Below are positions 24,696 to 35,972 of a DNA stretch of 64,000 bases, piece after piece (position 1 is the first letter of the stretch; each line of letters begins with the position of its first letter). This DNA is from Fistulifera solaris (taxonomy: Eukaryota). The stretch is taken from contig AP026151.1 of NCBI GenBank assembly GCA_030295235.1, positions 434,001 through 498,000 on the forward strand. The letters are read 5' to 3'. The notes under the pieces are model-generated. The model was not told the DNA's origin, ran no database searches, and saw nothing but the letters and a program-made list of their open reading frames with translations. The position numbers and the translations under genes were made by a program.

Positions 24696-26628
24696 ATGAT
24701 GGTTACGAAGGAGATCAATTATTCTGAAAGTGGCGCGACTCGTGAAGAAAAGAAAATCGTTCTTTCCGCCGGAAATCATTCTCCTTTCGAAAATATTGAA
24801 AAACAAGAAGACAGTGTCGATGAAGCACCGGGGCCTGAATCGATCGTGTGCGAAGACGAGTCGTCGTCCTGGGGAGTTTTCATTTCCGAGGCCTTCCTCT
24901 ACATTCCGATGCTGATGCAATCGTTTCTCGCCAACCTGCATCGTTCGATATTCTGGGAGGAGGCGGTCACGCTGCTCTTTGATAAACACTCTTCGTTGTG
25001 GTTGCGGCGATGTCATGCCCTATTACTGAAACCGGGTGTATGGCCTCCTCCCTCATTTCAACTTCTGGTTGCTCTGACGTTGATCGCTCTTGTCGTGCAT
25101 CCGGACGGATTTACGTGGGTACTACTGGGGAAACTGAGGTACGTAGTTGTGGAATAGGATTGCGTGTTTGAAGAGGTTGGCATCTGTTGGGTTACTCCGT
25201 TCGGTAGAAGCGCACGTGATGTTCACTAAATGTCGGAAATGGTTCGACGCTCTAGACTTTCGCTAACGCATTTTCTTCTTTTCGCACTATAAAGAAACGG
25301 AATTTCATCCATTGCAGAAGTTACTAGAATAGGGTGGGATATCATCATCCACGAGCATGGGGCAATCCTATCTTCCGTATTGGCGTTGGCAACTTTTTCT
25401 GGGTTATTATTTCTGGCTTATATACTGAAAAGGACCCTTTCACCCCGTAAAGCACCAGAATCAGTAACGGGGGATAAGAATAATAGTGGGAGAGTAAAGA
25501 AGAAAAAACGGAAAGGAGGCCGCAGCAATCACCGCCTGGGAAAAAGTAAACCGAGATGTGAGTCGTGCGACAATGTTGACAAATCTTCGACAGGCAAGAG
25601 TCGTCATCCACAGCTTCATCATCGACAGCGTCGCAGCACGAGGAAGAACAGCGGAATCCTGACACTGTGCAAGAGCAAAGATTTGCAGATGATCATCTAC
25701 CGGTTTTCTCCAGACCTCTGAGTCCGACATCCGAGATGCCCAAGAACGTCGCCGACCCAACGACGCCTTCCGCCTCCGACGTATCCATAGGCAAAGAAAA
25801 ATCCATTTCAAGTTCGGCAATTTCTGATAGCCGGATATCAACGGAACGAATGTCACATTCGACTAGACCTAGGGATTTGCAGCGTGATCTGACCAGACTC
25901 AGCAAAAGCAGAAAGCAAACAAGTGATCCACCTGGAGCGAGAAAAAAGAATATTCGACGCGGACCTATACGCAAGTTTGCTTGCAGTGATTCCTTTCGAA
26001 GGTAACAATTGATGCCTCGCATAATGGTTCTCCAGCACGCCCCGAAAGTCAACACGACAACTTGAAATCTTTTCGATCTACTGCCGAGAGACTTGAAAGA
26101 GATAGCCATCCGAGTCAAGCATCGGCGGTCAGTCATGTTCCGAAAGAAACTCATTATGATAAGGATCAGTGGATGCCATCCAGAGGACAGATCCGTTTGG
26201 ACGCCACGTCTTCGGATTATATAAGAATCTCGTCCAGCGCAATCCAGTCAAGTGACAGCGTTCCAGCGCGACCGGCTATTCTCTACCGCGATGCTGTGCA
26301 TTTTCCTCAATTTCATCCGGCGCATAATAAATATGATTCGATTCAACAGCAACCCATGGACGCCAACTGGGAACAGCGCGGAACTTCGCTGAACTCTTCT
26401 GTGTGCAATATCCCGGCTCCACCGGGACTGAGTCATCCTGGGATCTACACGGGTGCAGCAACTGGAATTCCCTTTGGCGAACCCGCCTGGAAGTGTCATG
26501 AAACGACGAATCATCGATTGAAGGAAAACCCGTTTGAATCGTCCTGTTCGGCGGACGAAGAAGATCGGATTGATGCCGAGTTGCAGGAGCTGGGAGGGCG
26601 CATGGTGGGCAGTATCTTGGATTTCTAA
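24696..26628 (+). CDS. Hypothetical membrane protein with long disordered C-terminus
   Basis: Intron 25139-25294 (GTACGT..CTAAC..AAG) joins two hydrophobic segments in frame. Downstream part is split over frames. Ends IDAELQELGGRMVGSILDF. Confidence 0.55.
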
Positions 26629-27008
26629 TTAGTTTCTTATTCATCGTTGATTCCCTTTTGCTTGATTGACGGAGATAAATGAAGGAAATCCAAAACAAAC
26701 ATTTAAAAGGTCTTATAACTTTGATCTTTAACTCCCTAAACGCTACAATGTTCATTTTAGTATGAGACATAGAGTATTCCAGACAATGACTGTGATTGGC
26801 TGATCGAGTCAGTCACGAGTCACGAGTGAAAACCTTTCGTGTTGTCGCGATGACCATGACTTTTTTTCGTTTCATCTTATTCTGTTACTCGTCTAGCCGA
26901 CGCAGTTGGAATTCATTGCGAAGATCATCCATATAAATAAAACTTCCACACAAAACACACAGCGAATAACGCTCCCGATCACCCCTAAAAATACCGAGAA
27001 GCGACGAT

Positions 27009-29355
27009 ATGGTATCCGTGAAGCGACCCAATCCGTATTCGACTCCCAACAAACCGAAACGGTCATCCTTCCTCACGATACGTAATGTGCTCCTTGTTTT
27101 GATTGTTTGGCAAGCCATCAGCTTTTTGTTGAAATCATCGAAAGGAGGAGACAGCCAAAATTTGCGATCCTCTGGAGGTTTACAGGATGCTTTAAATGAT
27201 TTTGAAAATAAGGCCCTTCAAATGGAAAGCCATGTACAAGCGAGCATCCAAGACGAAATCCAGCATTTGGTACACGACAAAAAAGCCAATCAGCATTGAA
27301 AAAGTACCCGAACACCTACCTCATGAAGAGGTACACCTGAGTGATCACATCGAAACAGAAGAAGACGAAAAATCACCCGATGAAATCATACATCATGAGG
27401 AAATTGACATTCCGGAACCACGGAAAGTGGAACCTGTCGTACAGCAAGTCGAAGTGAATTTCAACGCCAATTCGAATGTTGTTTTGACCAAACATGGGAC
27501 GGGACCGACCCAAGTTGGCTTTGTCGCGGATTTCGAACACGATCGCCAGAATGCAGCGTTCCGTCAACATCCGTTACCGAAAAAAGGTCGGCATGTTCAT
27601 AAGGTGGCCGAATTGCTCAACGAAGACGTCAATTCCATACACGATTGTGAGTACATTGAGGATCGGCGTTGGCGACAACACAAGGCGTGCCGCGATCCGG
27701 ATACCGAACTCGTCGTTTACAATCCGGCGGCCTTTCCCAAAATATTCTGCGGTCATCAAGTCAAGCCGTTGCAGGCCGTGAAATTGCCCGAACACTGTCA
27801 CGAACCAATTCATTTGTCACCCGACGAAAAAGATCCGCCGGTCCACGGTCCCGGAATGCATCCCGTGATTATTCAAACAACGTTCGGTGCCAAAGTCCAC
27901 GAAGATGTCCACAAAGTGAAACATTGCGATGTGCCGTGTCAAATTGAAGGAGGTGCCTTTAAGGCACGTGAGTTGTTCATTGCAGGTTCCGACTGGCGCA
28001 TTACTCGTACCTGGGACGATCCTTACATCAATCCGAATGCCCGAGTGGAGCGGACGGACTATCGCCGTGACATCTTTTACTCGACCACCTCGTTCGATTC
28101 CTCCATACCACTGACATTTTATGATTTTACGAAGTATAACTTGCGCGAGTCTCCTGTGCTGGAGTTTGATAAGTTGGGCAACAAAGCAACTTATCTGTTG
28201 GATGCCAAGTGCAACGCTTCTCCCATTCGGCGTCAGAAGTGGTTCGCGGCGGTAGATGCGGTCATGGAGACCGAAGCGTACGGGTCCTGTTATCACAATA
28301 AGGATTTAGATGAGGGAGAAACCATCGAAACAATGGAAGGGCGAATCAAACTCTATCAGAAAAACCGAATTGCTCTGGTATTTGGAAACAGGTGGCGAGA
28401 AAGATCACATCACCGAAATGGTGTGGGAGGCGTTAATGTCAGGATCGGTCCCGGCTATTTTGGGTGCTAGCAACCTTGCGAAGCACTTACCACGAAACTC
28501 AGCAATATTCGCTTCGGACTTCAATAGCTGGGACAAGTTTGCGAATTACACGAAATTCGTTGCGTCGGACAAGAACTTGTGGGAATCGTATCAAGCATGG
28601 AAAAAGGACGAAAAAGAGTTGGCGGCATTTGAAGACCGCTATTCGTTCGCGAGGACCGATGAGAACTGTAGAATGTGTCGTTGGGCGTATTCCAAGCTTT
28701 ATGGACTGGGCTGGGACCACTCCAAGCAAGAAGTAACTGCAACACATATTGAACGCAAACTATGCGTAGATGCAGAAACGAAACGGGTCGTTCATCCGTT
28801 CACGGAGCATTGGACTGGCGCATCGCCCATTATAGATAAAAAGGATGAATGCCCAGGGTATGGAGTAGCTTCCGACGCTGAAATTAAATTGCCTGGTGCT
28901 ACCATAAAGCGAACTGTCTATCATCACGATGGTGTGACAGATATGGTATTTCACGACATCGAAGGTGTCGACGATGATATTGTATTGAGAATCGAAATAG
29001 CGGTGAAAAACTCCGAGGGCGCATTTTTCCGAGATACTCATACTTTGGTAAAGGATCACACACTCCGTTAGTCAGCAGTGCCACCATTCAAGATCGTTAT
29101 TCAAAGGTAACAGTTCTCGCAAATTGGGAAACGACAATCATTAGTCCCGAAGAGGGCGTTTTCGAGATTCACTTTCCTTCTCATAAAGATGATGACGCAG
29201 ATACAGAGCTGAGAAGAGTTCGTGTCGTGACAGAGGATCTTATTGAACTTTACGACAAGTTGACAGAGTACTATCCATCTTCATTCACGAAAACAATGAT
29301 ACAGGATTTCATTGATCCGCTTGAGATGTACTACATAGGCATAGAAGATAAGTAA
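27009..29355 (+). CDS. Type II membrane GT10 (alpha-1,3-fucosyltransferase)-like protein with C-terminal extension
   Basis: N-terminal TM, CDVPC, YSTTSFDSSIP, motif IALVLETGGEKDHITEMVWEALMSGSVPAILG, CRMC. Indels at ~27283, ~28383 and ~29052. Confidence 0.75.
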
Positions 29356-29445
29356 ACATTGATTCAGTATTGGATTTCTATGAAGGCATTTTTTCGTAAT
29401 GCACGATCACGGTTCAAAGCAACGAGCCTAGGTTACAAACATTTG

Positions 29446-31898
29446 CTATCGCCCTATCCTTAGCCAGCGACTCGTTTCCATTTTTACCGTGTCCACTGAG
29501 TTCGCCTGCATTGCAACAATAGACCTTGCACCAGCCTTGGGACCGCCAGTTGTACAGTCCAAAAGCTGAATATCATCTACAGGTATAAACGCAACAGCTG
29601 GAGGATTTTTGAGTAAGGATCCCATGGCAAAGCTGAAGGCACTTCGAACCATTGTGGAATCCATATGCTTCGTTGAGTAATAGACGCGGATATTCATCAT
29701 TAACTCGACATCGAAAGAAAGTTCTCTCTCAGATTTACGGTTTAACATCTCAAGCATTTGACCGAAAAGATTCGTCGCGTTGATGGCTAAAACTTCATCA
29801 TCGATCAAACTTGCTGTTACAATAGCGCTAGAAATAGCTCCCATGTCTGCTGTCCTACAAATCATCTTCACTTCTAGTCGAGGATCGCTTTGTGTCGATT
29901 TTTCAGGGACAAATGAGTATCCCGTTTCCCAGCCAAAATCAGGATAGGCCTTGGCGACTGTGCAGTCGTTTGGCGTGAAGTAACGTCTAAAAGAAAAATT
30001 CTCCATATCAATTGTAATGGCATAATCACGAGCTAAAGCCATGACTTCCACTTCGGCAAGGGCACCGACGGGCAGTTCTGGAACAGAGACGACTAACAAT
30101 GGAAGGAATTTCGCTCCCCGACGATCGTCTACGATTAAACTCGAGGTATTCGTCATTTCTCGCATTGTTTCTTCGTCTTCATATCCATCATACGAATCAA
30201 CTTCCTGGTGGTTGTTATTGATAGAATCGATAGTTCCAGTTAAAACGCCTCCGTTGCTCTGCAACTGCTCCATACAAATGGATTCAAGCTGGATCAGAGT
30301 CTCTGGATCGCTCAGCTGAATTGCTTTTGATGAGCAATACACAAGTCCGGATATCAAATGATCTAGTGATGTGGCGTCCAGAGCATCCAGAACACGCGCC
30401 AAATTTTTCCAAGCCTGTTTCAGTTGCAAGGACCACGATTCGGATACCAGAGTCATCGTCGCTGGTACCAGTCCAATCTGACCTGCAACAAAATGCAACA
30501 CGCTGCGAATAGTATTCACCTGGCTGTAGGGCCCTACACAAACGGGTGCCCAATGAGACCTCGATTGTACATGAAGAACATCACGCAACTTGGAAGTCTT
30601 ATTCGTCAAAGCGGCAACAACTGCACGATCCAAATTCGCGGCGTCGTCCAATCGAGACGGATCGGTTCGTAAATAAGCACCGCTCGCATGTTGGACCACA
30701 CAATCCATACTCACTCTCCGCCCACCGGGTAGAACGCCAACCGCTACACATGATCGAGAGGGTGGCAACATTGTCCCAAAAAAGTCTTGATAATGCTGAT
30801 TGATGAGAACAAAATGTGACATGCGCGAAAGGTACAAATGCACCATGACCACATCTTGGGCCGTGCAACCATGTTTGTGCAACACGCGTTTGAGTAAAGA
30901 AAATATTTCCAGCATCTCAAAGACGGCTTGATTGGCTTCAAATTCCTCTACCTGTTGCAAAGCCGCATCGAGCACACCCGGCGATGGGCTCATGATTTCC
31001 GACACATGCCATAGTCCACCGTTGGAAATACAAACATGAGGCAAAAAGCCGAGTTGTAGAGGTGCTGTGCTTCGATGAAGAGAATTCACCGGATGGTGTG
31101 TCGGATTGGGTGTGACGTTGGGCGGGGTATACACAAAGGATCGCCCGCCTTTCTTTTCTTCCGCATGACAAGCGCGGATCAGGAGTTCACCCGTTCCATC
31201 TTCGGCCGCACGGATTTCGACGTCATCTAGAACAAGCTTCTTGTGATAAAGAGGGCAATCCAGCACCAAACTTTCGTATTCTCCGCCTTCACCACATACG
31301 TGCATCTGATATTGCTGATGGAGTTTCCATAACAGAGGTTGCAGTTCCTGCAATGTCTTATTGAGGTGTCGATGGGGTACCAGACCTGGTGGAGCCGCGA
31401 CGCGAACCAGTACAGCGTGAATTTGATCGTCTTGGATCATGCGTAGCAATAATTCTTTTGATCGGCGATTCGCCAAAGAAACGACAGCGACTGTAAACCC
31501 AGCCTTCCGCATACAATATGCTCAATGCGAACTCGTTGATAGGTCGACAAAATAGCACCCGAACACACGGCGGATACTGTCGGAAATCGCTCCACGGCCA
31601 ATTGTAAAGCATGATACAAATCTTCGACTTCATCCGATGCATCTTCCTGTGAATACGTCAAACTAGTATGAATACTTCTTCCTTGACGAGGATACAAGAT
31701 CAGGGGTACTTGTAAGCATTCTTCCACTAGCACCTGCAGGGCTTCCGAGGCGGCCGTTTGGTACATGTACGACTCTTCTTCGACCGCCAAAGGCCGTCCC
31801 AGATGCACACACGCCACCAAATGATGGCCCAATCGACAAGCCTCCAGAATGGAGTAAATCGAGTCTTTGCCACCGGAAACGAGTGCTACAAAGTCCAT
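29446..31898 (-). CDS. DPH6: Diphthine--ammonia ligase with two RidA/YjgF-like domains
   Basis: ALVSGGKDS, SYMYQT, GAILSTYQRVRIE, CGEGGEYES, PPSRSCV, LHVQSRSHWAP.CVGPYSQ, AGQIGL, ELP.GALAE. One indel at ~31457. Confidence 0.95.
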
Positions 31899-32459
31899 AT
31901 TGCTGATTTGTGTATCCTCATTGATGTTCACGCCCAACGTTGTGTTGAATGGAACTCATGGATAGACTCCAATCGTCGGGTATCATTCGAAAGAAAGAAA
32001 GTAAAAGAATGAGGCGGTCGTCACGCCGCGATCCTGCGCGGCGACGAGAAGGCGATGCGGCGGTCGCCTTACAGGCAAACGGTTATTGCTCGGTACTGCA
32101 CGTATCGCCGTACGGACACTCGATTTAACTAAGGTTAGGAGGTCTCTATAGCTAGCTAGAGGAAGAAACGAAGCCATCGAATCACTTTTTTTAAAAATAA
32201 CTTATCTCTCATGGAATGGACAAACTCACTCATGGAACACGACGAACTAATGCGTCCACACATAAATGTATTTAGCATGTCGTAACGTTCTGTTGGTACG
32301 ACTAGAAAATTCTCATTATTTCGAAAATGAGCCATTCATGAGCCAATGCTACACTATCCAAAACGTACACCGATCGCCACTATCACGAACTGATAAAGAA
32401 ATTCCTTATCGAGATAATCAGCAAATGTTGATAAGGTAAACACCATTTCACTACTATGT

Positions 32460-33053
32460 TTAAAGATTCAACGAAACACAGCTGGGATCCTTACGACGCT
32501 CCAGACTGCGACTGAAAATGGCGGCGACGGGCGTGTTGCGGTGTTGTTGTAAACGACGCAACTCCACCAGCTTTTCGTGGGGCAGAGTCGATCCTACTGC
32601 CGCCGTGGCATTCGTCACAACATTGAGCAAAAAGAACGCCAAGATGGGCGAAAAGTCCAAACCAAAAATGGGAGGGACGACGCCGCGAAAGAGATTAAGG
32701 AAAGGATCTGTAATGGCGTAGACAGGTTGCAACGCCGCCACGCCTTGAGCTTGTGGGAACCAGGAAAGTAGAATGCGTGCCGTAATAATCAGATTGTAGA
32801 TACTGAGAAAGTTGGAGAATCCGCCGACGAAGACTTGTTCGGCAATGCCATTTCCGGGAATGGCCATGGCCGTGACAGCAGACGCACGGTTCTTTCGCAA
32901 CAAGCAACGCAAATCGGTGCGAGTGTCGACAAAGGAGCGGGAGCCGCGGAATGTCGTGGAAGTCGAGGTGTGCGGTAAAAACACCGAAGCTTGCACTGTC
33001 ATGGCCAGTAGACAGCAGCAGCTCAAAACCGTTTGTGCCGTTACAAATTTCAT
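32460..33053 (-). CDS. ylmG: YGGT/YlmG family plastid membrane protein
   Basis: Signal plus S/T/R-rich transit peptide; RILLSWFP, ITDPFLNLFRGVVPP..GLDFSPIL. Confidence 0.92.
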   Translation of the reverse strand: MKFVTAQTVLSCCCLLAMTVQASVFLPHTSTSTTFRGSRSFVDTRTDLRCLLRKNRASAVTAMAIPGNGIAEQVFVGGFSNFLSIYNLIITARILLSWFPQAQGVAALQPVYAITDPFLNLFRGVVPPIFGLDFSPILAFFLLNVVTNATAAVGSTLPHEKLVELRRLQQHRNTPVAAIFSRSLERRKDPSCVSLNL

Positions 33054-33420
33054 GATGCAAGTAAGTTATGAGCAATTTATCTATCTGTAAGCAAAATAAC
33101 CTTGTCAAGGTTGTGAGTTTGTGTTTCTATCAGAGACAAGAACCTCAATGAAAGAGAGAACCGACAATGCATCCGATCGCTGACGTCGCGGTCAAAAAAA
33201 GAGGACGAAAAAATTTCGTAATAACCATGCGGCACTCGTTTGTCTGTGACTCCGTCCGTGTGTGTGACGTGTCACCTGTCGAATGAATTGGACTCGTGAC
33301 CCGACAAGTATGACTCGATACTTTGTTGTCGGTTTTCTTTTTGAAGGCAAAAAACAACGACGACATTATTTTCTCAAAACGCTATACACTACTTCTCCTT
33401 CTTTGTTGTAGCTTCGTGCG

Positions 33421-35086
33421 ATGACATTGCAATTGACGCATGTTCTCGAGATTACCTGTCAACATCAACCGGAGGTTATCTGTGCGACGTTCGGAGACGA
33501 ATCATCCTTGACGTATCGACAAGCCCTCCGCTCTCTGGTCGAGCACACGGCGTGGCTGGAGCAAACCATTTGGAGCGGAAGGAATGACGTAGCAATTGCT
33601 TATCTGGCAAACAACTCCATCGACCTAATCTTGTCGGTATTGGTTTCTTCGACTGTAGAAGTTCCTTGCTTGTTGGTGAATACGCGATGGAGTGCATCGG
33701 AAATCGCGACGGCCGTGAGCTCTCCCAACCCCTCCGCTGTCACATTTCTCCTTTATGGGGCCGAATTTCGGGAACGTATACCAGATATTAAGAAGTATAT
33801 GAATCATGCTCTCGTAGCTCTTCCGATTCCGACGTTTGCGCTCCAGCACATGCAGTCGTCGAATGCCATCCAGCGACCCAGAAAACATCAGCCACCACTA
33901 GTAGAGCCACTTGCTTTCTATTCGCAGTATTCACCTAAAGATGCAGTCATCGTCTTTACTTCCGGAACGAGTCAAGGACGTCCCAAAGGAGTGAGATTGA
34001 GTCATCAGGCCATTGCTATTCAATGTTGGGCGAAATGTCAACTTCCCTGTGCATATTCACATAACACCAAAATGCTGGCTTCGACGGTTCCATTCTTTCA
34101 CATTGGCGGCCTTTCTAGTTTACTGGCGGCCTGGATGGCGGGAGGTCAAATAGTACTACCCCGCCAAGAAGTCGGATTTGATCCGGAAAGCGTTTGGAAG
34201 TTCATTGCACCATCGATGAAAGATCCTACTGTCGCGAGAGCGAATACGCTAGTGGTTGTACCCGCCATGCTCTTCATGATGCAACAACATAAAACCAACC
34301 CGAATCCGAATCATGCCGTTCGACTCATTTTTGGTCGGTGGGCAGTCAATCACAGAATCACAAAAATCCTTTCTTCGTGCCGCGTTCCCTGTGGCACGTG
34401 TGGTGCAGACCTACGCGTGCACCGAGGCCGCTTCTTCACTGACATTCCACTCTGTCAACTTCGATCCAGCCCGAACTAATCTGCAACAACAATTGAGTGG
34501 TGATTGCGTTGGATCCCCTCCGGAACATATTGATATTTGTCTCGTCGACAAAGATCTGTGGATCGAGAAGAATGAAATAAGCGTCATTACAAGTCCATTC
34601 TCCATGGGTATCATTGCCACGAGAGGTCCTTATGTCATGAATGGATATTGGGCGCGGGGACTGGAGGCGGAGAACAACCGAAGTCCCGATCAATACTTTG
34701 TGACGAACGATTTGGCTTATTGGGACAAGAATGGACAACTATATTTTGCGGGACGCGTCAATGACTCTATTCGCACGGGCGGGGAAACAGTACTGTCCAG
34801 CGAAGTAGAGCGTGTACTTCAACTACATCCCTTGATTGACGAGTGTGCTGTCTTTCCCGTTCCTGACCCGAAATTTGGAGAAGCAGTGGCGTGTGCTATT
34901 GTACCAAGTCAAGGTGGTCTAACACTGCAGCAAATACGAGAATGGTGCCAAGAAAAAGGTCTATCAAACTACAAGCACCCTCGCCATATGGTTATGATGC
35001 AACAACTACCAAAGAATTCATCTGGAAAAACGCTCAAGTATCTTCTAATTGAGCAATTTAGTTCCAAGCCCCGAAGCAAACTGTAG
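33421..35086 (+). CDS. menE: AMP-dependent CoA ligase, probably o-succinylbenzoate-CoA ligase (MenE/AAE14-like), with PTS1
   Basis: IVFTSGTSQGRPKGVRLSH, PFFHIGGLSS, TYACTEA, TNDLA, GRVNDSIRTGGE, LPKNSSGK, C-terminal SKL. Extra T at ~34330. Confidence 0.75.
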
Positions 35087-35107
35087 CAATATTGAGCGCT
35101 CGTTTGA

Positions 35108-35508
35108 TTATTCACGAAGGACGAATAGAAGAGCTGCGAATAGAGGAGGATCTCGGACGGTCAGTGAAGCATCCACTTTATAGTTTACATCTCCGGTTAG
35201 CTCGTCAGTGTTATTGAAAATACTACCAAGATTTTCTCCAATGTTGAAGAAAGCAGTGCTAATTGGTGCACATACGGTAAAGTTGCCCTCGTTCAAAGCA
35301 GATTCGAGGCCAGTTTGCGTGCTGGAAGCGCAAAGCGTCGATAAAGAGCTGACGCGACAGACGAGTTCACCTGCCGAACAAAAAGAAAGAGTAGCGAGAA
35401 GTGGAATAGCTCACATCCGCCGCTTGGCGACCTGCTCACCGACACTCAGCACTGCGCCATTGCAATAGAAAGATCCGAGGCTTTACTCAGAAGATAGCGG
35501 AATATCAT
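35108..35508 (-). pseudogene. Degenerate fasciclin gene relic (N-terminal half of FAS1)
   Basis: After phase-1 intron 35371-35439 it reads GELVCRVSSLSTLCASSTQTGLESALNEGNFTVCAPISTAF, which aligns with AEIACSTEELSTLCAAVTQAGLEEMLSGGSFTVFAPTNEGF. The ILLYHVV and H2 motifs are absent. Confidence 0.7.
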
Positions 35509-35972
35509 TGCTGTGCTTTTTCTTCCCAACACGATGCGAATAGCGAAAGCCATGGCGACTTGAAAATGTTTGCCGATGTGTGAAATCTCGATCCAATTTT
35601 TGTGCCGATTGATGGTTCGCAGATACGTGCTTTCGGAGCGGAGTTTTGTGCAGGACAAAATGGACATAACATGCCGAAATATTTTTTCCGTCTCCTGAAA
35701 GCTCCACGTTTCGCCCTGTCGCAGGATTTTGCGATTTGCTACAACATTATCTCCCATCACGTCGAGATTACCGGAAAAAGCTAAGCCAGATTAAATATGG
35801 AACAAACATACCATTGAAAGCATTTTGTTCGAAACGCAATAATAATGTTACCGCTCTTGGATTGGAGTGAAAAGATAGCATGTGTGCTTTCAAGATATTC
35901 AACGCTGAAGCTAATCTTACTTATCTATGAGAGCTTGAGAAGATGGAAGTAATGCTTCATCGACGGCGGGCA

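Noticed and set aside
29446..31898. DPH6-RidA fusion as a novelty
   Set aside because: This architecture is already known from yeast and plant Dph6.
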